Of a stretch of DNA of 64,000 nt, positions 29,288-40,058 are shown in pieces. Positions within the stretch are counted from its first letter, which is position 1. Every line of letters begins with the position of its first letter. Source of the DNA: an uncultured bacterium (lineage in GTDB: Bacteria > Patescibacteriota > JACMRA01); the NCBI GenBank assembly GCA_963704645.1, contig OY969926.1, forward strand, positions 800,001 to 864,000, given 5' to 3'. The notes below the pieces were generated by a model. That model saw only the letters and a list, made by a program, of their open reading frames with translations. It made no database searches and was not told the origin of the DNA. The position numbers and the translations under genes were made by a program.

Positions 29288-31378
29288 ATGCTTAACGCTT
29301 CTCAAAACCCAAATTCTTTAAATTCTAACCAGGAAGAGTTTAATTCTCAAAACCCTATTCAAAATATTGGTCATTTGGAAGTAGATTCAACCCACATGGT
29401 TGTGATAGAAGACAATTCTGCTAAGTTTACTTGGTCTAACTTCTTTAGAAAACATCAGTGGGAATTGGGTTTTGTTGCGGCTATAACCTTGTTACTAATT
29501 ATTGGCTTAACTTACTTGGGTGTTTCTGGCCAGTATAAAACATTTTTCAGTGCCAAGCTAAGTGGTCAGGTGGTAGACGAAAATAGTAAGCCTGTTTCTA
29601 ACGCAGCTTTAAAAGTTGAATCTGTTGAAGCTAAAACAGACATCAACGGAACTTTTAGTTTTGATAGTGTTCCTGTTTCAAGCCAAAAAATTATTATTAA
29701 TTCGCCTAAGCATTTTTATTTCGAAGATAAATTAGACCTACAAACAGGTGATAACGCTGGTTTAAGATTTCAAATTAAAACCTTAGATTACGCTTCTGTA
29801 ACTGGTAAACTATCTGGCGAAAATCTTCAATCTGGTTCCATTAAAGTATTTTTAGACTCTACGGAAATTCCACTTAATTCAGATTATACTTTTAATTTAG
29901 ATAGGGCTAAACTTGGATCTGTATCTTTTAAAGTTACTTCTTCTGCACACAAAGATGTTTTGAACCAGCTTAATTTAGAACCAGGCAAAAACAATTTAGG
30001 TGAAATTAAACTAGAGCTAGGAAACGAAACTACTTTTAGAGTGTCTAGCTGGGCTAATTCTGCATCTTTAGCTGGTGCAATTGTTAAAATTACTTCAACA
30101 TTGCCAACTAGTACAACTGCAAAAACTGTATCACCTGGAAATACGCAGACAGCTCAAAACCAAGCTTCAAAACCAACAGAACTAAAATCTGATAGTCAGG
30201 GAAATTTTAGTTTTAGGTTAAAACAAGGTGAAAAATATCAGGCTGAAGCGTCTATGAGTGGGTTTATTACTAAAACTTTTGATTTGACTGAAGATAATAA
30301 CCAATTGGAATTAGTGCCAGAAGGAAAAATTGTTTATACATCAAGCAGGGAAGGTCAGGAAGCAATATATATTTCTAACTATGATGGAACCGATGAGAAA
30401 AAGGTTTATTCTAGTAAAGGCCAGCTTTCAGATGTTAAGTTATCAGGCTCAACTATATATTTTGTTTCCAATGAAGATAACATTAAAAATTCAAGTGGTT
30501 ATGGTGCAATCCCTCAAATTTATAAAGTTAATGTAGATGGAGGTGGTTTTACAAAGTTATCTAATTTAAAAGGCTATCAAAGCAATGTTGATGGGTTCAA
30601 TATTCAAGATGAGTACAATTTAAAATCACAGAAAATTATTTACACTTCTACAACCCACAATTTCTCAAGTCCGAATCAGTCTTCTAAGCTTTGGATTAGC
30701 AATTTAGACGGCTCAAATGTAAAATTAATTAGAGATAGAAACTTTACAGGTTCATTTACAGAAAATGTTCGAGGTTGGGCTATTAGTCCTAACGCTGATA
30801 AGATTGCTTATTTGGTATACAAAGAAACACCTGGAGGTGGTTCGGTTCAACAAACAAGATTAATTACTGTTAACACAGATGGAAGTAATGCAAAAGATAT
30901 TTACACCAGAAATAATGATAATGGAGCACAGTATTATGGAAACTACCTTACTTTGTTTGGCTATAATAATGATGGTAGCGTGTTGGTATATCAAACCTCT
31001 GATGATAGTAACCAATCTACTTTGTATGGATATAATTTTAAAACTGGGGAAAGCAAAAAACTGGCTTTCTTAGGGCAAACTTATATTGATACTTTTTCTT
31101 TTGACTCTGTTACTAGCAGGTTTTACTTCACTTCCTTCAGAGATGCAAAAAATAGTCTCTTTTATGTAGATTTGTTGTCTGGTGAGTACAATAAAGTAAT
31201 TGATACAGGAAACAGTTCAAGATATGGAGCTCTTTATGTAGAACCTAGTTTTGGTGGTATATATTTTGCTCAGGAAGGGAAAGTTAAGTTATTAAGGCTT
31301 GGTAAAAACATTGTGGAATTACCCATAGCTACTAATTTTAAAATGTGGGGTGCATTCAGTGGATATTACGGCTACTAG
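29288..31378 (+). CDS. Membrane-anchored protein: carboxypeptidase-regulatory-like domains plus TolB-like propeller
   Basis: G.VVDEN..PV..A...TD.NG.F motif; SKLWISNLDGSN.KLIRDRNF shared with the upstream gene. Confidence 0.82.
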   Translation: MLNASQNPNSLNSNQEEFNSQNPIQNIGHLEVDSTHMVVIEDNSAKFTWSNFFRKHQWELGFVAAITLLLIIGLTYLGVSGQYKTFFSAKLSGQVVDENSKPVSNAALKVESVEAKTDINGTFSFDSVPVSSQKIIINSPKHFYFEDKLDLQTGDNAGLRFQIKTLDYASVTGKLSGENLQSGSIKVFLDSTEIPLNSDYTFNLDRAKLGSVSFKVTSSAHKDVLNQLNLEPGKNNLGEIKLELGNETTFRVSSWANSASLAGAIVKITSTLPTSTTAKTVSPGNTQTAQNQASKPTELKSDSQGNFSFRLKQGEKYQAEASMSGFITKTFDLTEDNNQLELVPEGKIVYTSSREGQEAIYISNYDGTDEKKVYSSKGQLSDVKLSGSTIYFVSNEDNIKNSSGYGAIPQIYKVNVDGGGFTKLSNLKGYQSNVDGFNIQDEYNLKSQKIIYTSTTHNFSSPNQSSKLWISNLDGSNVKLIRDRNFTGSFTENVRGWAISPNADKIAYLVYKETPGGGSVQQTRLITVNTDGSNAKDIYTRNNDNGAQYYGNYLTLFGYNNDGSVLVYQTSDDSNQSTLYGYNFKTGESKKLAFLGQTYIDTFSFDSVTSRFYFTSFRDAKNSLFYVDLLSGEYNKVIDTGNSSRYGALYVEPSFGGIYFAQEGKVKLLRLGKNIVELPIATNFKMWGAFSGYYGY

Positions 31379-31429
31379 TTGAAAATGTGGTCTATTGACC
31401 TGACTAAATTTCTAGTCAATTTTTAATGT

Positions 31430-32620
31430 ATGTTTAGAAACATTGTTTTTAATGTGAAATTGTTGCCTTTAAAAATAACTCTTTTTCTTTTTCTTAGTTT
31501 AATTTTTACAGTTGGATTTTCAACTTTTTTTAGTTTGCCAGTACAGGCAGCAGATAACTTATATTTAGGTACAATAATTTCAATAAATAAAGAAAGCTGT
31601 ATTTCGAATGAGGATAGCTTGTGTGAAAATGCAGAAGTGTTGCTTGGCTTAGATAACAATGTTCAATCTACTGAAACTGTTCAGCTAAAACAAATTAACT
31701 CCGAAGTTCAAGATATATCTGCAAATTACCAAATAGGAGATAAAATTCAGGTTAAGCAAACTATTTTGCCAAATAATAAAAGTTATTACCAGGCTATTGC
31801 TGTAGATTCTGGAAATTTAATTGTATATTTTACTATTTTAATAGTACTTATGGTAGTTGTAATTTCAAGGTGGAAGGGTTTGAAGGCTGTTTTGGCACTT
31901 GCTTTAACAACATGGTTTTTATTTGGTTGGCTGTTACCATTTTTCCAAAAGAACCCAGATCAAATTTTAGGAACAGGAATTTTAGCTTGTTTTGGTTTTT
32001 TGTTTGTAAATTTTATGCTAGGTCACGGATGGAATGTGGCCAGTTGGGTTGCTTTGGCCAGCTCTGCTTTTAGTTTTGTTGTGTCCATTTTTGTTTCACT
32101 TTTTGTAGCCTCAATTTTTAGATTAAATGGACTTGGTTCAGACGGATCTGTGTTTTTGGCATCGGTAGGGTTTACTACTCCCCAACTAACCGATCTATTT
32201 TTAATAGGAACTTTTTTGGCTGTAACCGGTGCTTTAGACGATGTTACTTCTGCTCAAGCTGTTTCTATTAAAGAAATATCTTCAATGGGAAATGGAGCTA
32301 GTTTTATAGAATTGTATAAGCATGGAACAAAAGTTGGGCAAGAACATTTGGTTTCTATGATTAACACCTTAATTTTGGCTTTTGTGGGTGCCTCACTACC
32401 TACTTTCATGGTTCTTTATTTGCAAAATCAAACTAATATTTGGTTTTTATTAAGCAGGGAAGATGTTTTAGAAGAAATTGTGCGCTCTTTGCTGGCCAGC
32501 TTCACTTTAGTTTTAGCAATTCCACTAACCACAGTTTTAGCCAGTTATGTATTTTCTAGGGCTAATAAAAACAAAAAGCAAGATGAATCCCAAGTTGCTT
32601 CTACAAATCTATCTTTTTAA
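31430..32620 (+). CDS. YibE/F family membrane protein
   Basis: Multi-TM; GALDDVT..Q, VG..H..SMINTL.LA..G.SLP and EEIVR motifs. Confidence 0.9.
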   Translation: MFRNIVFNVKLLPLKITLFLFLSLIFTVGFSTFFSLPVQAADNLYLGTIISINKESCISNEDSLCENAEVLLGLDNNVQSTETVQLKQINSEVQDISANYQIGDKIQVKQTILPNNKSYYQAIAVDSGNLIVYFTILIVLMVVVISRWKGLKAVLALALTTWFLFGWLLPFFQKNPDQILGTGILACFGFLFVNFMLGHGWNVASWVALASSAFSFVVSIFVSLFVASIFRLNGLGSDGSVFLASVGFTTPQLTDLFLIGTFLAVTGALDDVTSAQAVSIKEISSMGNGASFIELYKHGTKVGQEHLVSMINTLILAFVGASLPTFMVLYLQNQTNIWFLLSREDVLEEIVRSLLASFTLVLAIPLTTVLASYVFSRANKNKKQDESQVASTNLSF

Positions 32621-32708
32621 AACGTAGGACTACTAGTCTGTCACTGAATAAGTTGACATATACAAGGGTGACTTAACCCTCAGACACCTAAATAGTAATC
32701 TAATCTAA

Positions 32709-33887
32709 TTACAGCAATTCCCAGTTTTGTTGATTATATTCAACTAGCTTAGTTTTTTGCTTCTTGGCAGTTTGTAAAATGTCTTGATAGGTTATCCAAA
32801 ACTCTTGCACTTCTTCTAAGGGAATAAACTTTGTGTTATTGTTTTCCAACAAATCTAAAAACAAATTAGTGTGATCTAAATTATTATTTTTTTCTAAATT
32901 AAAACTAAAATTGTGTTCTATGCCGTTAAAAGTTAAATTAGGGTTTGGGAAAATTGACCATACCAAATTTTCAACAGGTCCATATTCAACAATAATTTGA
33001 CTTTCTTTTCTACCAAGTTTTTTCCCTGAAATTATTGAAACTGGTATTTTGTTTTTCCCTAAAACTATACTTCCAGTTAGGCTGAAAAATGTATCTGTCT
33101 GGGAAGATTCCAAGTCTAGGTCGTGAAGATAACTATTGTATTGGCCGAATATAATTTTATTCCAATTGTAATTTATTTTGTTATTTGAATAGTTTGAATC
33201 TATAGGAATGTTTTGGAAAACAAGTTTGGCTAAGTTATGAACATGAGGCCACATGTCTTTTAAGGCCCCAATTGTGTTGTAATAACCACCTCTATTTTTT
33301 ACACCTTCTTCTTCAAGTAAATAAATTTTAATAAAACTAGGCTTAATGTCTTTTAAAAATTGCAAATTAGATTTATCGGCTTTGGTAAATATTGTGGAAG
33401 TTTTGTATAAATAATGATCAAAGAAATGAACTTGCTCTTCTAATTCGTTTTTTCTAATAATCTCACTTAATTGCTTAGCTTCCTGTAAATTTTGGCCAAA
33501 AGGCTTTTCAATTATAACATCTACTAACTTCCCTTTAATAGTTGAAATGTTTTCCAGAATAGGGTAATAAGCTATTGGTGGAAGAGCTAAATATATAACT
33601 AAACGCTCTAGGTCATCAACTTGCAGAAGTAAATTGGAAACAAAATCTGGTTGGTTGTAACTTGCTTGAATAAACTGTATATTATTAATTTTATGCTTGC
33701 CGCTTGGACTAGCTTGGTTTAGAACTTTATTTATTTCACTTAAGTCTGGTTCACTTCGTGAAACACCTATTAAATTTATTTGAACTTTATCTTCATAATT
33801 TTCGGCCAATTGGGCTAAAGCCGGCAAAATTTTTTTCTTAGCTAGGTCTCCGGTTATACCAACCAAAGCGAATTTCCATATTTCCAT
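32709..33887 (-). CDS. zwf: Glucose-6-phosphate dehydrogenase-like protein (short)
   Basis: GITGDLAKKKILPAL, YLALPP, EKPFG, DHYL.K, R.GYY...GALKD and SGK.L motifs. Confidence 0.85.
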   Translation of the reverse strand: MEIWKFALVGITGDLAKKKILPALAQLAENYEDKVQINLIGVSRSEPDLSEINKVLNQASPSGKHKINNIQFIQASYNQPDFVSNLLLQVDDLERLVIYLALPPIAYYPILENISTIKGKLVDVIIEKPFGQNLQEAKQLSEIIRKNELEEQVHFFDHYLYKTSTIFTKADKSNLQFLKDIKPSFIKIYLLEEEGVKNRGGYYNTIGALKDMWPHVHNLAKLVFQNIPIDSNYSNNKINYNWNKIIFGQYNSYLHDLDLESSQTDTFFSLTGSIVLGKNKIPVSIISGKKLGRKESQIIVEYGPVENLVWSIFPNPNLTFNGIEHNFSFNLEKNNNLDHTNLFLDLLENNNTKFIPLEEVQEFWITYQDILQTAKKQKTKLVEYNQQNWELL

Positions 33888-34012
33888 AAATATTTTTAAG
33901 TAACAAATTAGTCTTCTAAAAATTGACTAGCTTGGCAAGGGGAATAGTGTAACACCCAAAATTTAACCAAAGAAAATTCCCTTGGGTTTAAGCAAGGGGC
34001 TGATATGTTTTA

Positions 34013-34543
34013 CTATTTGGTAAAAGTATCTGGTATATAAGGATCGGGTGGAAATTCCTTTAAATTATAGTTTGGTTCTTGCCGTAATGTACGAAAAATA
34101 GATAATTGTTGTCCAATTGATAAATCGTAGAAATAAATATACCTTCCTTCCTTAATTCTTTCTTTTACCTGCTTTGGTGTAAGTTTAATGTCTCTGGTAA
34201 CCCTGTTGGTGTTGGGTGCTACGCATAGTTCTGAACTTGCAACAGCTTGTGGAGCTGTAGAGCAAACTCTTATTAGGGTGTCTCCTTCAATTCCGCAAAT
34301 TACTCCTGGTGGTTGTTCCTGATTGCACAAAGGATCTTTTTTGGTGGCACCTTTCAAAAGTATAACCTCCTCTCTTTCGTTGAACGAACTTTCCGATCTG
34401 TTCTGTCTAACAAGTCCAGGCTCTTCTTTTACTTTTACGCTGGTTCTTGTTGTTACACGCTGCACCGGGCTGCACATTGCAATTAACCCAAAAACTAATA
34501 CAATAATGATAATATTTCCAAGACAGCCGAATAATCCTCTCAT
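34013..34543 (-). CDS. Orphan membrane-anchored or lipoprotein-like protein
   Basis: AAGGAGG SD, hydrophobic N-terminus followed by Cys, hairpin downstream. Confidence 0.7.
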   Translation of the reverse strand: MRGLFGCLGNIIIIVLVFGLIAMCSPVQRVTTRTSVKVKEEPGLVRQNRSESSFNEREEVILLKGATKKDPLCNQEQPPGVICGIEGDTLIRVCSTAPQAVASSELCVAPNTNRVTRDIKLTPKQVKERIKEGRYIYFYDLSIGQQLSIFRTLRQEPNYNLKEFPPDPYIPDTFTK

Positions 34544-34689
34544 TGCTTCCTCCTTTTTGTTACAAAAATTTAACCAAGTTAACTTCTATTTTTTTTGGTA
34601 GAATGGCAAGGTTAAATTAAAAAGTGTTTATTTTAAACTAAATAGCTTGACAAAAAGGCTGTAAAATTCAACATTTGGTAAGTATTGTT

Positions 34690-34765
34690 GCCATCATAGC
34701 TCAGTCGGTAGAGCATTTCCATGGTAAGGAAAAGGTCATCGGTTCGAATCCGATTGATGGCTCCA
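34690..34765 (+). tRNA. tRNA-Thr(GGT)
   Basis: Cloverleaf GCCATCA/TGATGGC, anticodon loop ATGGTAA, GGTTCGAATCC, encoded CCA. Confidence 0.96.
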
Positions 34766-34940
34766 GAAATTTTAAGTTTCCCCCTCAAGGGAGATTTTTT
34801 ATTTGGTAGAATGTTGTTATGTGTTTAATATTCGTGGTTTGCAAACACACCAAATCTATCCCTATGGTAGAGGGAGTTATTTTTAAATTCTGAAATGAGA
34901 TTTGGTGATGGGAAAATAAATTGTACTCATTTTAAATAAA

Positions 34941-34963
34941 TGGCGAGACGGGCCCGCCTCTAC
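34941..34963 (-). repeat. GTAG-type REP-like palindrome
   Basis: Minus strand GTAGAGGCGGGCCCGTCTCGCCA. Confidence 0.7.
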
Positions 34964-34996
34964 AATAATTAAATTGTTACAACTGTGGCTCGTGAA

Positions 34997-35695
34997 TTAA
35001 ATTACATCTTCCACTCCGCCTATTACTATTACGAATTCACCTTTAAAAGTTATGTTTTTTACAACTAAACTTTCTACATTTCCACGCCAATAGGTTTCGT
35101 GTAGCTTAGAAATTTCTCTGGCAATAAAAATTAGGCGGTTAGGCGGAAGATGGGTTTTAATTTCTTCTATAGTTCGTTCCATACGGTGAACCGATTCAAA
35201 AATAACCGTTGCTGTTTGACTGTTAACAAGTTCTTTCCAAAAAGTTTGTCTGCCTTTTTTTATAGGAAGAAAGCCTTTGAAGCTCCAATCTTTAGTAATC
35301 ATACCAGAGGCTACAATGGTTGGAATTAAGCTGGTTGGTCCGGGCAGTACTGTAAATTTTAAATTATGCTCCCACATTTTTTGAATAATAAGCTTACCTG
35401 GGTCAGAAATTCCCGGAGTTCCAGCATCGCAAACCAAACCAACCATAAATTCGGGTTGATTGTCTTGTCGCATCTTCATCTCCTCAATAATTTCGTTAAT
35501 ATCTTTCCAGTTAATTTCCTGATTTCTACTTAATTGAACTAGCTTTTTTGGCTTCTCAATATCCAACAACTTTAACAATTGCCCAGTATGCCTTGGGTCT
35601 TCACAAATTAAAATTTCACAGGATTTAATAACATTAATAGCTCGCAAAGTTATGTCTTCAAGGTTGCCAATTGGTGTGGGAATTAAGTAGAGCAT
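34997..35695 (-). CDS. rsmI: 16S rRNA C1402 2'-O-methyltransferase
   Basis: LYLIPTPIGNLEDITLRA, DAGTPGISDPG, FES.HR, REISKLHE and KGEFV motifs. Confidence 0.96.
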   Translation of the reverse strand: MLYLIPTPIGNLEDITLRAINVIKSCEILICEDPRHTGQLLKLLDIEKPKKLVQLSRNQEINWKDINEIIEEMKMRQDNQPEFMVGLVCDAGTPGISDPGKLIIQKMWEHNLKFTVLPGPTSLIPTIVASGMITKDWSFKGFLPIKKGRQTFWKELVNSQTATVIFESVHRMERTIEEIKTHLPPNRLIFIAREISKLHETYWRGNVESLVVKNITFKGEFVIVIGGVEDVI

Positions 35696-35799
35696 AGGCT
35701 AAAATTATGAATACTTTAATTAATTATATATTATTAAACTGGGTCAATGGCAATAAAAAAACTAGCTCTGGGCTGGTTGGTGTGAGTTTTAAACATTAT

Positions 35800-36090
35800 T
35801 TAATCGATATAAACAATATCAGAAACTTTAGGAAAGTCTAATTCTATGCGGTTTCTTTGACTTAAAGCTAATTGACACATATTAGCCAAACTACTAAGAT
35901 CCTCATTTTCTAGGTGGATGCAGAAAGTAAAGGCACAGTCTAATAAAACCTCCCAAGAATGATCTGTTCTCCCTGATAATCTAAAACTACTTACTGCAAC
36001 TTGACCTTCAAGAAGTGAAAACAGTGATAGTATGTTTCTAGAGACTTCTTCAGGTACTTGATACAAAACAGCCGAATCATTTTTATTCAT
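35800..36090 (-). CDS. Small orphan protein
   Basis: 96-aa ORF with TTGACT upstream. Confidence 0.6.
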   Translation of the reverse strand: MNKNDSAVLYQVPEEVSRNILSLFSLLEGQVAVSSFRLSGRTDHSWEVLLDCAFTFCIHLENEDLSSLANMCQLALSQRNRIELDFPKVSDIVYID

Positions 36091-36264
36091 ATTTTGATCT
36101 TAAATGTACTCAAAGAATAATCTCTGTATGGCACACAAAATATGTAAAGTCAATTACTGTTGAATCTTCTCAATCTGGTCTTTCAGTCTTTTGTTTTAAT
36201 TTAGGATCTTGCTTTTTTCTTAATTATGTGATTATACTTAGTACGTAGAAGCATAGGGTAGGTT

Positions 36265-36600
36265 ATGGACTTATATTGTCTTCGGAAAAATGTAGATAAA
36301 TCTATAAGAGTAGATATTACTGGAAAATTGGTAGATACTTCATCTGATTCGGTGCTTAAGGATAGTGAGACATATTTAACCTCAACTTTCGCACTAAAAG
36401 TAAAACAGGTGACAGATTTTCCAGACCACAGTCTTGTCACTGTAGTTCCAGATACTATTACTCTTTACAGAGCTGATAGTCATGAGCGACTGGATGTTGT
36501 TGTAACTGATATAATTGTCCGTAATAAAATTAGTTATCTACTAGCTAGTACTAGTGACGGTGCTGAAAAAATGCTTCAACTGAAAGGTGGCGAGGTATAA
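36265..36600 (+). CDS. Small orphan protein
   Basis: 111 aa, GGTAGG upstream, hairpin plus T-run at about 36630-36655. Confidence 0.65.
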   Translation: MDLYCLRKNVDKSIRVDITGKLVDTSSDSVLKDSETYLTSTFALKVKQVTDFPDHSLVTVVPDTITLYRADSHERLDVVVTDIIVRNKISYLLASTSDGAEKMLQLKGGEV

Positions 36601-36803
36601 ACCTAAAGTTACAAATCTAATAGTAAATTAAGCTTTCCAAACAGAAGGCTTTTTTCTTGCTAAAAAATATGACACTAAATTTTGTTGTACTAACCTATTT
36701 TCTCAAAATAAACTTGTTTAAAAAGTATAGAGTTCACCAATAAAATAATTTTAATGTGTCTACAAAACTGTCACATGAGCTAAACTTTTTAAGGTAAAAT
36801 CTC

Positions 36804-38615
36804 CTAAACTTTCTCAATCTGGTCTTTAAGCTCTAACCAAACAATTTCGGCATCGGCTAATTTGGCTTTTGTTACATCGTCGTCTTGGCCTTCATCAATT
36901 AGGTTTTGTAAATTCTGCATTTTTCTTTCGGCTTTTTGAAGTTCTTTGTTTAGTTCAAACAATTTTTTTCTAGCTTCCTTGCTTAAATTTCCTCCTGAAC
37001 TAGCTGACCCACTTCCATTTTCAGAAGATCCTGAAACATTTGTACCATTTCCTCCTGCCCCAGATATATCAAATTTAGCTGTGGAAATTTCTTCCTTTTT
37101 GTTATTGCTATTTTCTAAATCGGCGGCTTGTTCTAAATTCCAAACGTAATCTTGGTAACTTCCCAAAATTCTTTTCAGCCCTCCGTCTTTAATTTCAATT
37201 ATTTCGTTGGCAATTAAACTTACAAAAGTACGGTTGTGGCTAATTACGAAAACAGTTCCATTAAATGCTCCAAGAGCCGCACCAAGTGCTTCTACAGTTT
37301 CAAAATCAAGGTGGTTAGTAGGTTCGTCTAACAAATAAACGTCGGCTTTTCCTAAAAATATTCCTGCTAAACAAAGTCTGGCTTTTTCACCTCCACTTAA
37401 AACCGAAACTGTTTTGTCATAATCGTTTCTGGTAAATAAGAAGTTGCCTAAAATACGGTAAACTTCGTCCATACTTGCATTTCCTTCGGCGGCTCTGGAG
37501 GCAAAAGCAAAAATTGTATCTTCTGGCTTTAATCCTTCGCTTACATGTTGGTTATAAAAACCTAGTTTCAAACCCTTCTTCCAAGCAACTTGGCCTTTAA
37601 CAGCAGGAATTTCACCCATAATCGTTTTCATGAAAGTACTTTTTCCTTGTCCGTTGTCTCCTAAAATAGCAGTTTTTTTGCCACGCTCTACACGTAAATC
37701 TATATTTTTAACAATGGTTTTATTTGGGTACCCAATATCCATTTGTAAGCATTCCATCGCGTCTCCTTGCTTATTTTCTACAGCAGGAATATGCATTTTT
37801 ACTGTGCTAAAAGCGGTAGCAATTCCAATCTTTTTAGTGTCCAATTTATCTATTAAACGCATTTTAGACTGGGCCGATTTGGCTTTGCTGGCTTTAGCAC
37901 CAAATTTATCAACGAAAGTTTGTAGCTGCTTTTGCTTCTTCTCAATGTTTTCATTTACACTTTTAGCCAGTTCTTCTTGTTCCTGTTTAAATTCTAAATA
38001 TTCTTCCAAGCCTTCGTTATGTAAAAATAGTTGCCCGTTACCAACATCCAACGTAGAGTTACAAGTTTTCTTAATAAATTCACGGTCGTGGGTTATAACC
38101 ATTACTGTTCCTTTAAAGTCTAGCAAAAACTTTTCCAGCAAAATTAAAGTTGATAAATCTAAATAGTTAGTAGGCTCGTCCAACAAAAGTAAATTAGGTT
38201 CAAAAAGCAGGGTAGCTGTTAATTTAACTCTCATCTGAAAACCTCCAGACAAACTAGTTACTTTCATTTCCAATTTCTCATTTTTTAATTGGAATTTGCT
38301 AGCTACTTTGGCACATTCCCAGCTCGGTTTTTTGGTGTAACGCTCTAAAAACTCAATTACAGTTTCACCTTCTAAAAATGGATCATTTTGTTCAATATAG
38401 CCCAAACGCATGTAAGGAAAATGTTGAATTTCACCTAAATCTGGTTCGTCCAAACCCATAATCATTTTAAAAAGGGTGGTTTTACCAGCTCCATTTCTTC
38501 CCACAACTCCAATTTTCTGGTTTTCACTAACAACTAGGTTGGCTTCGGTGAATATTTTCTTTACTCCAAAAGATTTGGAAAGGTCTTTAATTTGCAACAA
38601 CGGACGATTAGCCAT
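36804..38615 (-). CDS. ABC-F family ATPase
   Basis: Two NBDs (GRNGAGKT/LSGG/DEPTN; GDNGQGKS/LSGGEK/DEPTNH), no TM segments. Confidence 0.95.
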   Translation of the reverse strand: MANRPLLQIKDLSKSFGVKKIFTEANLVVSENQKIGVVGRNGAGKTTLFKMIMGLDEPDLGEIQHFPYMRLGYIEQNDPFLEGETVIEFLERYTKKPSWECAKVASKFQLKNEKLEMKVTSLSGGFQMRVKLTATLLFEPNLLLLDEPTNYLDLSTLILLEKFLLDFKGTVMVITHDREFIKKTCNSTLDVGNGQLFLHNEGLEEYLEFKQEQEELAKSVNENIEKKQKQLQTFVDKFGAKASKAKSAQSKMRLIDKLDTKKIGIATAFSTVKMHIPAVENKQGDAMECLQMDIGYPNKTIVKNIDLRVERGKKTAILGDNGQGKSTFMKTIMGEIPAVKGQVAWKKGLKLGFYNQHVSEGLKPEDTIFAFASRAAEGNASMDEVYRILGNFLFTRNDYDKTVSVLSGGEKARLCLAGIFLGKADVYLLDEPTNHLDFETVEALGAALGAFNGTVFVISHNRTFVSLIANEIIEIKDGGLKRILGSYQDYVWNLEQAADLENSNNKKEEISTAKFDISGAGGNGTNVSGSSENGSGSASSGGNLSKEARKKLFELNKELQKAERKMQNLQNLIDEGQDDDVTKAKLADAEIVWLELKDQIEKV

Positions 38616-38774
38616 AATTATTTGAATGTATTTATAGGTTGTGTTTTAGTCAAAGTTGAGGGGTTTGGTAGTTTTTGGGTATGAAAATAGAGGCTTATTG
38701 GGCCTCCAGAATTTTTAGTCAAAATTAAAAGGTTGAGCGATGAAATATATTTTAGTTTTCTAGTTGCTAGTAAT

Positions 38775-39083
38775 CTAATTAAAAAGTCGCCTTAGATTAT
38801 AAGCCATAAGAGGCCAGCCGTTTAAAACTGACTGATGAATTTCATCTACCTTTTTTTTAAAATGTAGTGGCATTTCTTCGTAACTATATCTCTCATAATC
38901 CAGAGGGTCATTTTGGATTATATGCCAGTCCAACTTTCCTTCATCGTAAAACAAAGCATACTCATAAACATTGTCTTTTTTTGTTATAGTTTCCCCATTT
39001 ATGGTAACTAAATAAAGCATTGTTTTTTCTCCAAAACTGTAACTCAATATTTCTAATAATACATAGTTGCAACCATTTGGCAA
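38775..39083 (-). CDS. Small orphan protein (start uncertain, possibly 39020)
   Basis: ORF only. Confidence 0.5.
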   Translation of the reverse strand: MPNGCNYVLLEILSYSFGEKTMLYLVTINGETITKKDNVYEYALFYDEGKLDWHIIQNDPLDYERYSYEEMPLHFKKKVDEIHQSVLNGWPLMAYNLRRLFN

Positions 39084-39288
39084 GTGTGTTTTTTAGAGAA
39101 AGCTTTTAACATTTAGCCTAAAACTTCTACTATGCCAAGACAAACTACTGTTCGCATATTTATACAAATAATATCAAAAATCTTTTATTCTGTAGGCTAA
39201 ACTGTTCACTGTATATTTTTAACACAAACGCTTTTCCAAAAAATACAACTTTATTGGATGTTTATAAATGTAGTTTTTACATGTAATT

Positions 39289-39687
39289 ATGCCTACTAAT
39301 TATGGCGAAGGAAGCTCGTTGTTTATGTATTTTCAAGATTACACTACTAATCAACTTGGTTTCTCAATAGGTTTATCTACCAATTTAGTATCTCCCGCAG
39401 CTTACGCAAGTTTGTATTCAGACGAAACACTTCAAATTTGTAACAACGAAATGGAGGATTTGGCTTTTCACACCAGAATTATTTTGGGCAGGGAAGCAAT
39501 TTTCTTTAGATTTGTTGAGGGCAGCTATGCTACAATTGGAGACATGATGAGTAAAGTGATACAGCTGAATAATTTCTTAAAAATGCAAGATGTGTCGGTG
39601 GTTCATCAGTTTTTTGCTGAAGAGAAATTTGTACAACAACTTATGCAATATTTTCCAAGCAGTTTTGAATTTCATTTTCAGTTTTGA
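39289..39687 (+). CDS. Small orphan protein
   Basis: 132-aa ORF. Confidence 0.65.
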   Translation: MPTNYGEGSSLFMYFQDYTTNQLGFSIGLSTNLVSPAAYASLYSDETLQICNNEMEDLAFHTRIILGREAIFFRFVEGSYATIGDMMSKVIQLNNFLKMQDVSVVHQFFAEEKFVQQLMQYFPSSFEFHFQF

Positions 39688-39796
39688 TTCTTATTCCAAA
39701 AGAAAATTGATCTTTAATTTTTGGTGAAACTTTGACATTTGGTCTAAACTTTAACTTCATTGGAGTGTACGGTTTAGTTTTAAATGTGAGGAGTAT

Positions 39797-39862
39797 ATGG
39801 CAGTAGGTTTTTTAATTTTGCTATGTATGGCTGGGCTTATTCTAGTTGGATTTATAGGGTAG
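39797..39862 (+). CDS. Putative 21-aa hydrophobic peptide
   Basis: TTGACA near 39732, GAGGAG SD, MAVGFLILLCMAGLILVGFIG*, terminator AAGAGTC-TTATA-GACTCTTTTTT near 39906. Confidence 0.55.
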   Translation: MAVGFLILLCMAGLILVGFIG

Positions 39863-40058
39863 CCGTTTATTGATTAGCTCGATTTGTTGTATAAACAAAT
39901 ATTATAAGAGTCTTATAGACTCTTTTTTCTTTGGGCGAAATTCAAACTAAATTATGTTTTAAACAGTAATGTTAGCAGTATAATTTTTTGAAGCTATTGC
40001 CTAAAACCAAAAAAAATGTTGAGTTGAAACAGTTAGTAGATTTATTACAGGAGGAATT

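Noticed and set aside
36946-38166. Plus-strand ORFs within the ABC-F gene, and similar nested ORFs elsewhere
   Set aside because: They are antisense or alternate-frame overlaps of well-supported genes.
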